Shown here in pieces: positions 26,548-35,733 of a stretch of 37,819 bases of DNA. The stretch lies in assembly GCA_964585065.1 (NCBI GenBank), contig CAZPCB010000004.1, positions 1-37,819 on the forward strand, given 5' to 3'. Position 1 is the stretch's first letter; every line of letters starts with the position of its first letter. This DNA comes from an uncultured Candidatus Saccharibacteria bacterium. GTDB taxonomy: Bacteria > Patescibacteriota > Minisyncoccia > SW-4-49-11. A program made the position numbers and the translations under genes. The notes below the pieces were generated by a model. The model had not been told where the DNA came from. It was given only the letters and a program-made list of their open reading frames with translations, and did not search any database.

Positions 26548-26913
26548 ATGGCATATAGTATACTTATTGTTGAGGATGAACAAGCAATAGCACGTGTGCT
26601 TGATTTAAAATTAAAGCAGGCGGGTATTGTTACTACTGTTACTAATACAGGCAATCAGGCTTTAGAATTGGTTAAAACGCAAAATTATGATTGTATTCTC
26701 TTAGACCTAATTTTACCAGAGGTGGATGGATTTACTATATTAGAAGCTATTAGAGCAAAAAATCAAGCCACAAAGGTTATTGTAATGACAAATTTAGGGC
26801 AACCAGAAGACAGAAAAAGAGTGCAGGATTTAGTTGTATCCGGTTATTATGTAAAATCAGAAATATCAATTTCAAGTTTGATAGAAAATATAAAACAAAT
26901 ACTAGAGACATAA
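26548..26913 (+). CDS. Single-domain response regulator (receiver only)
   Basis: ILIVEDE, LLDLILP (phospho-Asp), VMTN, YYVK. 121 aa with no output domain. Confidence 0.93.
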   Translation: MAYSILIVEDEQAIARVLDLKLKQAGIVTTVTNTGNQALELVKTQNYDCILLDLILPEVDGFTILEAIRAKNQATKVIVMTNLGQPEDRKRVQDLVVSGYYVKSEISISSLIENIKQILET

Positions 26914-26956
26914 TCTATAATCTCTGATATAATAAAGAAAATGAAATAAATATCAT

Positions 26957-28687
26957 ATGGAACCACAGGTAATACTTGAGTTATTAGTTAATACACAGTA
27001 TATTACGGATGAAGACCGTAAATTGGCATTATCTAGTACTAATAATGATTTTGCTGTAGCCGTAGATTATTTGGTACAAACCAATTTAATCACCTATGAT
27101 ATTATAGGACAGGCTTTAGCTGAATCTTGGGGTGTTCCATATCTTGATTTGAATACCTTTATTCCTCCAAAACAAGATGTGACTAAAATTCCAGAAGCGG
27201 TAGCTCGGGAACTCAGATTAGTCTATTTTAAAGATTTACCAGATAAAATTCAAATTGCTTCAGATAATGATTTGGTATTAAAAGGAAATGCTAAGCTTAT
27301 TATTCGTAAAGAAGAGAAGGCTGGTATAATGGGAGGTAAAAAAGAGGTAAAGGAGGAAAGAGATTTGAGAGGGGAATTAGTAAAATTATTCAAAAAACCG
27401 GTAGAATTTGGATATTCTCTTACACAAGATGTAGATAAATTACTTTTGAGTTATAAAGCTCCATTGGCATCAAGATTTGTATCTATAATGCAAAAATTTG
27501 ATACAGTTGCCCCGGAAATTGTAGAGGAAATTGTACAAGAAGCGGTAGAGGAGAAAGTATCAGATATTCACTTTGAAGCTCAATATGATAAAACAGTAAG
27601 AATTAGGTTCCGTATTGATGGTATGTTGCAAGAAGTGGGAAGAATTCCATTTTCATATTATGAAAATGTATTAAATTTAATTAAAGTAAAATCTCAGTTA
27701 AGAACTGATGAACATTTTATTCCACAAGATGGTGCTCTTCGATTTGAAAAAGATAATAAGGTATCAGATGTACGTGTATCTATAGTCCCGACAGTATATG
27801 GAGAGAAAATTGTTTTAAGAGTGCTCACTAATACCTTATCAAATATCACTCTTGAAACATTAGGATTGAATGAGAAAAATATTAAAATTTTAAGAAAGGC
27901 AGCTCAAAAACCATTTGGTATGGTATTGGTAACAGGCCCTACTGGATCAGGAAAATCAACTACTTTATATTCTATTCTAAAGACCATTAATGATGAGGGA
28001 CGCAATATTACCACAATTGAGGATCCAGTAGAATATAAAATTGAAGGGGTAAATCATATTCAAGTTAATAAAGAAACAGATTTGACTTTTGCTCGTGGAC
28101 TTAGATCTATTTTGCGACAAGATCCTGATATTGTATTGGTAGGGGAGATTCGAGATGATGAGACAGCCCAAATTTCTATTAATGCTGCACTAACAGGACA
28201 TTTACTTTTTTCTACGGTTCACGCCAATGATGGAGAAAGTACTTTACCGCGATTATTGAATATGGATATTGACCCATTTCTTTTGTCCTCTACATTACAA
28301 TTAATTATTGCTCAAAGATTAATTCGTAAAATCTGCTCAGCTTGTGTATATACCTATACAGTCAGTAGAGTTGAATTAGAAAAGACAATAGGAGAGCCCC
28401 TAGTGCGATTTTTCCCTGAGGATACATTAACATTATATCGGGGAAAAGGATGTTCAAATTGTGGCTTTACCGGATATAAAGGAAGAAGTGGAGTATATCA
28501 ATGTATTGAAATGACAGAAGAATTAAGAGAGGCTACCCTTCATCATCCAACTGCAGATATCGTAGCAAAAATAGCTCGTAAGCAGGGGAGTCAATCATTA
28601 TTTGAAGATGGTATAGAAAAAGTACGATTGGGAGTAACTACACTTGATGAAGTAATGCGTGTAGCTCAAATACCAGAAGAAGATTAA
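26957..28687 (+). CDS. pilB: Type IV pilus / T2SS assembly ATPase (PilB/GspE)
   Basis: SDIHFE, RFRIDGML, PQDG, GPTGSGKSTTLY, TIEDPVEY, LRQDPDIVLVGEIRD, TGHLLFSTVHAND, Zn-binding CSAC...CSNC. Confidence 0.95.
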   Translation: MEPQVILELLVNTQYITDEDRKLALSSTNNDFAVAVDYLVQTNLITYDIIGQALAESWGVPYLDLNTFIPPKQDVTKIPEAVARELRLVYFKDLPDKIQIASDNDLVLKGNAKLIIRKEEKAGIMGGKKEVKEERDLRGELVKLFKKPVEFGYSLTQDVDKLLLSYKAPLASRFVSIMQKFDTVAPEIVEEIVQEAVEEKVSDIHFEAQYDKTVRIRFRIDGMLQEVGRIPFSYYENVLNLIKVKSQLRTDEHFIPQDGALRFEKDNKVSDVRVSIVPTVYGEKIVLRVLTNTLSNITLETLGLNEKNIKILRKAAQKPFGMVLVTGPTGSGKSTTLYSILKTINDEGRNITTIEDPVEYKIEGVNHIQVNKETDLTFARGLRSILRQDPDIVLVGEIRDDETAQISINAALTGHLLFSTVHANDGESTLPRLLNMDIDPFLLSSTLQLIIAQRLIRKICSACVYTYTVSRVELEKTIGEPLVRFFPEDTLTLYRGKGCSNCGFTGYKGRSGVYQCIEMTEELREATLHHPTADIVAKIARKQGSQSLFEDGIEKVRLGVTTLDEVMRVAQIPEED

Positions 28688-28692
28688 TTATT

Positions 28693-29937
28693 ATGGCATT
28701 TTTACAGAAATCAAATACAACAGAACAAGAAGCCTCAGTATTGCATACGGTTAAAACGGGTGAATTTGATGTAAAAAGCTCTATTTTTGATGAAATTGAC
28801 GAAGCTTATCCAGACAAGGCTCCACAACCAAATCCTCAGGCTATAAAAAATACAAATAAATTAAATCGTAAAAAAAGAGGAAGCAGTAAAGTTACTAAGG
28901 CAAAAAGAACTTTCCTCGATAATCTTGCTCTTTTAGTAAGTTCAGGAATGGGTGTTAATACTTCACTTCGTACATTAGAAAAAAACACTCAAGATAAAGC
29001 TCTCAAAAAGACCTTATATTCTATGTTAGTTAGTGTTGAAAGTGGAAGTAGTTTATCTCAAACAATGGATGAACATAATTTCCTTCCTAAATTTTTGATT
29101 TCTCTTATTAGAATTGGAGAAGAATCTGGTAATTTAGCTGATAAAATTCGAAAAACAGTTATTTCTCTGGATAAAGATAAGAAGCGTAAGGATCAATTAA
29201 GAACGGCCCTATTTTATCCACTTTTTGTTATGAGTTTGGTTATTATATTGGGAGTTGGGATTACAACATTTATTTTACCTCGTATTGGTCAAGTATTTGA
29301 AAATGTAAATGTTAAATTACCATTAATGACAAAAATTCTCATTCAAGTAGGAAATTTTCTGGGAACATATTGGTATATTATGGTCCCTGCTATATTTGGA
29401 ACATTTATCTTAACAATACTAGTATTATTTGTATTTCCTGGTACCAAAAAATCAGGGCAATGGTTAATGTTCCATTTACCCGTATTTAAAGATTTAATTC
29501 AAATGAGTGAAGTCTCCCGATTTTCATATAATCTTGCTATGTTATTAAATTCTGGTATACCTATTACCAAGGCACTTTTATCTTTAGCGGAAATCCATGA
29601 TTATTATATGTATAAGGAATATACTAAATCAGTAGCAGCCTATATTCAAGATGGAAAAAGTTTTCATAATAGCTTTGGGGTTAATCAAAAAGAGACTAAT
29701 AAGCTATTTGATTTTGCTGTTCAAGAAATTATCACTGCAGGAGAGGAGTCAGGAAAATTACCCGAAGTATTAGAACAAATTGGAGAGCGATATGAGGAAG
29801 AAGCAGAGCAAATTTCCAAAAATATTGCGGTATTATTAGAGCCAGCTTTATTAATTATTGTTTGGTTAGGAGTTGTATTTTTAGCTGTTTCTATTCTGCT
29901 CCCAATTTATAGTCTTGTTGGTAATTTCGAGGTATAA
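28693..29937 (+). CDS. pilC: Type IV pilus / T2SS inner-membrane platform protein (PilC/GspF)
   Basis: Two GspF repeats (GEESGNL, GEESGKL), ALFYP, LLEPALLI, ILLPIY. Confidence 0.95.
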   Translation: MAFLQKSNTTEQEASVLHTVKTGEFDVKSSIFDEIDEAYPDKAPQPNPQAIKNTNKLNRKKRGSSKVTKAKRTFLDNLALLVSSGMGVNTSLRTLEKNTQDKALKKTLYSMLVSVESGSSLSQTMDEHNFLPKFLISLIRIGEESGNLADKIRKTVISLDKDKKRKDQLRTALFYPLFVMSLVIILGVGITTFILPRIGQVFENVNVKLPLMTKILIQVGNFLGTYWYIMVPAIFGTFILTILVLFVFPGTKKSGQWLMFHLPVFKDLIQMSEVSRFSYNLAMLLNSGIPITKALLSLAEIHDYYMYKEYTKSVAAYIQDGKSFHNSFGVNQKETNKLFDFAVQEIITAGEESGKLPEVLEQIGERYEEEAEQISKNIAVLLEPALLIIVWLGVVFLAVSILLPIYSLVGNFEV

Positions 29938-29938
29938 T

Positions 29939-30421
29939 ATGAAAAGACAATATAAATCAGGATTTACATTAGTAGAAATCGTTCTAGTATTTGTATTAGT
30001 AGGAATTCTTATTGCAATAACCACACCTCTTGTAGTAGAGACAGTACAAAGAGCTGATTTAACCTCTGCACATGAATCTTTGTATAATGCCTTAACTAGA
30101 GCACAAAAATTATCACAAAGCCAAACTAATGGACAAGTATGGGGTGTTTGTCTTGATAATACCAATCATCGTTATATAATTGTTGCAGGAACCTGTAGCT
30201 CAAATGATAGGAATATTATATATGATGAAATCATAACTATTGCTCCTACTATCAGTATAGTAGGAAATGGTGGGAATAATATAGACTTTTCTCCTGTATC
30301 GGGATATAGCGATCCCAATGGTATTACTTTAACAAATGGGAGATTTAGTAAATTAATAAATGTAGACGGACAATTAATAGATAAAGACCCTATATCATTA
30401 GTCCCTCCACCAGCATTGTAA
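29939..30421 (+). CDS. Type IV minor pilin (FimU/GspH-like)
   Basis: KSG|FTLVEIVLVFVLVGILIAITTP. Start set to the ATG at 29939, just after the pilC stop. Confidence 0.85.
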   Translation: MKRQYKSGFTLVEIVLVFVLVGILIAITTPLVVETVQRADLTSAHESLYNALTRAQKLSQSQTNGQVWGVCLDNTNHRYIIVAGTCSSNDRNIIYDEIITIAPTISIVGNGGNNIDFSPVSGYSDPNGITLTNGRFSKLINVDGQLIDKDPISLVPPPAL

Positions 30422-30466
30422 ACTAACACCTACATAGATAAAGACCCTATATCATTAGTCCCTCCA
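30377..30466 (+). repeat. 33-bp perfect direct repeat (30377-30409 and 30434-30466)
   Basis: atagataaagaccctatatcattagtccctcca occurs twice, 57 bp apart, straddling the pilin stop codon. Confidence 0.95.
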
Positions 30467-30482
30467 GCAGGCTAATATAAAT

Positions 30483-32420
30483 TTATAATCCATAATAACT
30501 CTTGATATTAATTCGAATTGAATCAGAATTAGGACTATTATTATAGTCTAATATTTCAGAACAAAAGCCACTGAGACGTATATAAGATCCCGCTCCTCTT
30601 CCAATAATAAACTGACTAGAAGCAATTGGATTCCCCGATGCATAATAGAGATTTAAACTACTAAGATTATCTGATGAGCTGGTAGCAGCAGTCGTAGATC
30701 CATTGAGATAATAGGTAGTAAATAAATCACTTCCCAATGTTAAGGTGGCATAAGTTATATCTCTTGCAATAAATGATTGCGTATATCCAGATCTTCTACC
30801 TACCCAAAATGTCGCAGGATTCCCACTACTAAAAGCATTTATTGATGTTAATTCATCACCCCCATCAAACTGTAAGGATGGTCTATTATTCTGTATAACT
30901 ATACCATTAACCCCATCAATAATTTTAGGCTGGGCGAGGTTAGTGGTCTGAATGGCATTATTACTATTCCCCGATTGATCATACCAGATGGATACATATC
31001 CATCTCCTGTATTGGCATCAGCCACAGTTTGCTGATAGGGCTTAGGTGCACTAGTGAGAGATGTATTGATATGCCTCTGTCCTCCCCAGACAAAGATAGA
31101 ATCAGCAGCAGAGGCTACATTTACTGTCTCTAATCTTGTTGAGGAGTTAGAATTAACTATAGCAAGAGTAATATTTCCAGCTCCATTAGTAGTAGCGGTA
31201 GCAGAGAGGGATATTCTATACCATCCATTTTCAACTGAGGTTATAGTAGACTGACCTGTAATAATTCCAGAAGAAGAACCTAAAGTGCCATTACTGAGAT
31301 TATAATTTTGATAAGAGGTATTCCCTGGAAAGGCAGCTCCATTAGGAGCTAATTGTACAAAATTATAACCATTATTAGCCTTAACATAATAGGAATCGGT
31401 ATAAATTGTACCATCTGTTAAAGTGGTATCTTTACTGATAGATCTTGCAGTATCAGGGGATCCAGCATTTAAATTTATTTTTTCAGCAGTATTTGTTCCA
31501 TTAGGTGCAACTGTATTATCGGCGACTGTTGTGAGATTAGGGAACACCCATCCTAATGGAATAGTAATATTTTCAGATTGAGTAAGGAAATTCTGATATC
31601 CTACAAAATTCTGGAGGGAGACACTATCAAAATCTCCAGATTTAGTAAAGCCAATATCACTTTCTGCTTGATCGGCGCCCCTATCTCGTCTTACTCTAAC
31701 CGCTGCTCCCGTGTACCCATCAGAGAATTTATTAGAGCTACTATTCACACCAGATAATTTGCGTAAACTATATGCTACACCATCATTATTATTAGGACTC
31801 TGCCCAGCTGGAATAATTGGATTATCATTGAGAACAGGATTAAATGATGTTTTTTTGGCTTGTTCAATAGGAATAACAGTTTCAAAAGCTTTTTCAGCAT
31901 CATATTCATTCCCACTGAGTATCGGCTTTTTATATACGAGAGTAAATTTTACTTTGATCGCTTGCATTATTCCATTGTGGTTACTCTGATCCTGATTATT
32001 AATTTGTTCAAATGATAAACTAGAAGCTAAAACTTGAATATTAGTGGGGTTGATTTTTGTAACAGGAACACTACTAGCAGTATATATAATATCAGCAGCA
32101 TTTTGAGTAATACTAGATGGTTCTACTATAAGATACCTATTGTCTTGCATAATAAGTGAAGGAGATGTTCCACCACCTACAATTGGTGTTATAATAGAAC
32201 GTTGATTAGTTATATTACTATTAATATAACTCTGAATTTGACGAATAATATTTTCTCCTGTTTGATTGAGTTCATTATTTACTCTAAAGGTAGTGGAAAG
32301 ACGAGTAATTTGAATAAAAGAAAAAGCCACAATAACCAAAGTTATACCACCAACAACAACATATAATAATATTTCTAAAAGAGTGAATCCTGAGTATTTT
32401 TTCATATTAATAAGCGCCAT
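30483..32420 (-). CDS. PilW/GspJ-like minor pilin fused to a large jelly-roll domain with an inserted phage-fibre-like module
   Basis: YSG|FTLLE prepilin motif and about 185-aa pilin domain, then AYSLRKL...AVRVRR...DIGF, NFLTQSE...APNGTNTAEKI...NGWYRIS...VWGGQ, and WYDQSGN...NNRPSLQFDG. Confidence 0.8.
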   Translation of the reverse strand: MALINMKKYSGFTLLEILLYVVVGGITLVIVAFSFIQITRLSTTFRVNNELNQTGENIIRQIQSYINSNITNQRSIITPIVGGGTSPSLIMQDNRYLIVEPSSITQNAADIIYTASSVPVTKINPTNIQVLASSLSFEQINNQDQSNHNGIMQAIKVKFTLVYKKPILSGNEYDAEKAFETVIPIEQAKKTSFNPVLNDNPIIPAGQSPNNNDGVAYSLRKLSGVNSSSNKFSDGYTGAAVRVRRDRGADQAESDIGFTKSGDFDSVSLQNFVGYQNFLTQSENITIPLGWVFPNLTTVADNTVAPNGTNTAEKINLNAGSPDTARSISKDTTLTDGTIYTDSYYVKANNGYNFVQLAPNGAAFPGNTSYQNYNLSNGTLGSSSGIITGQSTITSVENGWYRISLSATATTNGAGNITLAIVNSNSSTRLETVNVASAADSIFVWGGQRHINTSLTSAPKPYQQTVADANTGDGYVSIWYDQSGNSNNAIQTTNLAQPKIIDGVNGIVIQNNRPSLQFDGGDELTSINAFSSGNPATFWVGRRSGYTQSFIARDITYATLTLGSDLFTTYYLNGSTTAATSSSDNLSSLNLYYASGNPIASSQFIIGRGAGSYIRLSGFCSEILDYNNSPNSDSIRINIKSYYGL

Positions 32421-33501
32421 ATTTAGTATTGAGATATATATTAATTTTGTCTAAGTCTGTATCACTTAATTTTTTACTAAAAACAAGAATTTCCGCAATA
32501 TCACCAGAGAAAAATCCATTTACCCCACTTTGTTGAGCCCCCACAATAATAGGGGTGTCAGTAGAAGTGATATCAGTAAAAGATGTAAGAGCATTTGTCG
32601 GGGGGAGTATATTATTGATATTAAGGCTACTTGCTGTTGATGGAACCCAGCGAGCTGTAATAATACGAAGATTCGTATTATTGGCAAATGATACTGTTTC
32701 ATTTACTTGTTCTGCTGTTGCAAGATCAGTTGCAATAAAGTCATCATTTTGTAAACGCCATTCCCTTTTATTGTCTGTAGTATTAAATTTTGAAATATAG
32801 GTTTGATTGGTTGAAGCTGAATTAGATTTTCCCGCAACAATTACAGTAAGTCCACCCGTACTAGCTGTATTATTATTATGTATAGAAGTTGCAGTTCCTG
32901 TCAAAAAATCATCTATTCCATCAAATCGTAAGGCAGGTCTATTATTAATAGCATTAGTAACTAGGGTCGGTGCAAGAGTAGGGCTTGTTGCTACTTGAGC
33001 AAAAGTAATAAGATCATCAGTTGCATTTTTGATACTAGTAACGGGCTGTCCATTATTACTCTCTGCTCTATCAGCTTTCAGCCATAATCTTAATGCCAAA
33101 GGATCTATTGTATAGGGGTTATCAGAAGGGGCTGATTCAATAAACTTTTGATATTCAATAATAATTTTAGGATTAATTTGTGTTATTTTGGTCTCAAGAA
33201 TTTTATTACCTCTTTTTACTTGAATTAACCTCTCCCCATTACCAGTCCCCGTAACAGTATATACTCGACATTTTTCAGTTGGAAATGTTTCATCCCCCCC
33301 ATAAAACTTATATAATTTAAGTTTTGCTAATACTTTTTCTGTACAATTACGAGCTTGAGACTCATCTTGGGCAGCATCAGCTACATCAATATTTGTTTTA
33401 GCAACTTGTGTACTAGAACTAAGCGCACTAAGAGCTAAAGCTACTCCTACAGCACAAACTATAATAGTTAATAATAATACGCTAAATCCAGAACGATACA
33501 T
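32407..33501 (-). CDS. PilX/GspK-like minor pilin fused to a LamG-like jelly-roll domain
   Basis: RSG|FSVLL (no Glu5, typical of PilX/GspK), ARNCTEKVLAKL, then LRLWLKAD...NNRPALRFDGIDDFL...GDIAEILVFSKKLS...YLNTKYG. Confidence 0.8.
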   Translation of the reverse strand: MYRSGFSVLLLTIIVCAVGVALALSALSSSTQVAKTNIDVADAAQDESQARNCTEKVLAKLKLYKFYGGDETFPTEKCRVYTVTGTGNGERLIQVKRGNKILETKITQINPKIIIEYQKFIESAPSDNPYTIDPLALRLWLKADRAESNNGQPVTSIKNATDDLITFAQVATSPTLAPTLVTNAINNRPALRFDGIDDFLTGTATSIHNNNTASTGGLTVIVAGKSNSASTNQTYISKFNTTDNKREWRLQNDDFIATDLATAEQVNETVSFANNTNLRIITARWVPSTASSLNINNILPPTNALTSFTDITSTDTPIIVGAQQSGVNGFFSGDIAEILVFSKKLSDTDLDKINIYLNTKYGAY

Positions 33502-33526
33502 ATATACTTTTGTTTATCATATAGTT

Positions 33527-33559
33527 ATTATACCATAATAATGAAATATTTGATATACT
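33527..33559. promoter_or_regulatory. Back-to-back divergent extended -10 promoters
   Basis: Minus strand TGGTATAAT (33535-33527) and plus strand TGATATACT (33551-33559). Confidence 0.7.
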
Positions 33560-33581
33560 AAATAAAGTAAAAATATACTAT

Positions 33582-34349
33582 ATGAATTCACAACAAAGAC
33601 AAGTAAAACAAATTCTCATTGCGACTGCCTATGCTATTATTCTCTCCAGCATAGTATTCTTGATTATGATTACTTTTTTCCCGAAAAAACCAGCTCCTAT
33701 TATTGTAGAACAGCCTAAGCCACAAGCATTACAAATTACTCAGTATAATAGTATTCCTCTTGGCAATGGATATTCAGATTATTGGGCTGAAATTAATAAT
33801 CCTAATGATAATTTTGGAGCCAAAAGTCTTGACTACACCTTTATACTCAAAAATTCAGCAGGAGATATTCAGCGTAAAACAGGGACTACTTTTATTTTAC
33901 CGGGGGATAAAAAACGTTATATTCTCTTATTAAATTATCCAGGGAATTATACATTACAAGGGTTTGAATTATCTAATAATCCAGTATGGGCTCAATTATC
34001 AAGATTTAATTTACCAGAATTAAGCAAAAAAAATATAACAGTAGGGATATCAGATAAAGCAGGAAAAGCTTTTACTGTAGGAGGAGTATTAACCAATACC
34101 AGTGAATTTAATCTCAAAAATATTCAAGTGATTGCAATATTAACAGATGATACCAATACTATTATAGGAGTAAATGAAACATTAATAAGAGATGTTTTGA
34201 AAACTGAATCAAGAGATTTTGAATTAACTTGGGATTCTAATATTCCTAATGCCTCAGCTGCTAATACCACAATATTAACACAAAGTAATGTCCTTGATAC
34301 AGAAGAGTTATTAATACAATTACAACAAAAGCCAGTATTTGATAGATAA
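33582..34349 (+). CDS. Membrane-anchored extracytoplasmic protein with Ig-like (FxLYD-like) domains
   Basis: N-terminal TM helix, Pro-rich linker, AEINNPN, VGGVLTNTS...VIAILTD...IIGVNET. Confidence 0.65.
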   Translation: MNSQQRQVKQILIATAYAIILSSIVFLIMITFFPKKPAPIIVEQPKPQALQITQYNSIPLGNGYSDYWAEINNPNDNFGAKSLDYTFILKNSAGDIQRKTGTTFILPGDKKRYILLLNYPGNYTLQGFELSNNPVWAQLSRFNLPELSKKNITVGISDKAGKAFTVGGVLTNTSEFNLKNIQVIAILTDDTNTIIGVNETLIRDVLKTESRDFELTWDSNIPNASAANTTILTQSNVLDTEELLIQLQQKPVFDR

Positions 34350-34352
34350 GAT

Positions 34353-35474
34353 ATGTTGAGATTATTATACCGCATAGACTGGGTGCTTGTCATACCAACT
34401 ATACTTGTTTCAATAATGGGGATAATTACCTTGGTAAGTTTTTATATACATTCAGTTGAAATTGTAACTGTGGGACTTATCATTAAACACAGTATTTCAA
34501 TTATATTGGGTCTTGTCATTGCTTTTATATTATCAAATATTGATTATAGGGGCTTGTCATCACTTATAAGGCCATTATTTTTTACCATTACGGGATTATT
34601 GGTACTGGTATTATTAATTGGTAATACCGTAAATGGAGCAAAAAGTTGGTTTTCTTTAGGTGGTTTTAATATTCAACCTGCAGAACTTGCAAAAATTGTG
34701 GTAATTATTATTATTGCTCAATATTTTAATAGATATCATTATAGACTTAATAATTTTTGGACTATTATTGCTTCATTATTACCAATTAGTATTATTGGAG
34801 CATTAATTTTGATACAGCCAGATTTTGGAACCTTTTCTATTATTGGTTCTATTTGGCTCGGGATGATTATATTTGGTGGGGTGCGCTTTAAACATATTAT
34901 GATATTATTTTCGATAGGGATTATAACTCTTATCAGTTTATGGACTTGGTTTTTAGAAGAATATCAAAAGCAAAGGATTTTAACATTTTTTGATCCAACA
35001 TTAGATCCTTTGGGTAGTGGATATAATACATTGCAGGTAATTAAATCGGTGAGTGCCGGAGGATGGCTCGGGAATGCAAGTCAACTAATTACCGTACCTG
35101 AAATTCATACCGATTTTATTTTTGCAGGTTTTGCACAGCAATGGGGATTTATTGGTATATCGGTATATTTTATTCTCATGATATGTATATTGGGAAGAAT
35201 GATATATATCGGACTGAAAACTCAGGATGGTTTTGCTCGAATGATTATATTGGGAGTGATATTGTGTTTTTTGATACAAATACTCATTAATATCGGTATG
35301 AATGTTGGTATATTACCAATTACCGGTATTACCTTGCCCTTTATGAGTTATGGAGGAAGTTCAATGATAGTTTCTTGGATATTAATAGGATTATTATTAT
35401 CAATCAAAAATAATCAGGAGGCAAAGGGAACTATTTTTATGAGGGATAATCAAGATATGTATTTGATACCGTGA
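34353..35474 (+). CDS. rodA: SEDS-family peptidoglycan polymerase (RodA/FtsW)
   Basis: IDW, GAKSWF...IQPAELAKI, QPDFGT, YQKQRILTFFDP..DPLGSGYN, VPEIHTDFIFA, PITGITLPFMSYGGSS. Confidence 0.9.
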   Translation: MLRLLYRIDWVLVIPTILVSIMGIITLVSFYIHSVEIVTVGLIIKHSISIILGLVIAFILSNIDYRGLSSLIRPLFFTITGLLVLVLLIGNTVNGAKSWFSLGGFNIQPAELAKIVVIIIIAQYFNRYHYRLNNFWTIIASLLPISIIGALILIQPDFGTFSIIGSIWLGMIIFGGVRFKHIMILFSIGIITLISLWTWFLEEYQKQRILTFFDPTLDPLGSGYNTLQVIKSVSAGGWLGNASQLITVPEIHTDFIFAGFAQQWGFIGISVYFILMICILGRMIYIGLKTQDGFARMIILGVILCFLIQILINIGMNVGILPITGITLPFMSYGGSSMIVSWILIGLLLSIKNNQEAKGTIFMRDNQDMYLIP

Positions 35475-35608
35475 TACCCCGTAATGTAAGTCTTTCAGAG
35501 GCTCCAAGTTTTGGAAAAGCAATTCATGATTATGCACCATTGTCTAAAGGAGCATTTGCCTATCGTAAATTAGCTCAAGAGCTTATTAATATTACCTCAA
35601 AAGGATAA
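35450..35608 (+). pseudogene. parA: 3'-terminal remnant of a ParA/Soj ATPase overlapping the end of rodA
   Basis: Frame reads SRYVFDTVIPRNVSLSEAPSFGKAIHDYAPLSKGAFAYRKLAQELINITSKG*, matching the Soj/ParA C-terminus. An in-frame TAA lies at 35447 and the Walker A region is absent. Confidence 0.85.
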
Positions 35609-35733
35609 TACTCTAAAAAAGTATAGGAACAACCTGAATAAAAATAAAAAACTGAATAAGATACCCCCCTATACAAAGATAGAAAAGAGTGATAGTCTTA
35701 AAAAAAGTAAATGTAAAATAAAAAAGATATACT

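Noticed and set aside
30422-33581. Shufflon or invertible-segment model for the inverted pilin cassette
   Set aside because: I found no inverted repeats flanking the cassette and there is no recombinase in the window. The 33-bp repeat is direct and on one side only.
35609-35733. Possible parB remnant or small gene in the A-rich spacer after the parA fragment
   Set aside because: The frames I translated hit stops quickly and showed no ParB-like residues; it is low-complexity intergenic sequence.
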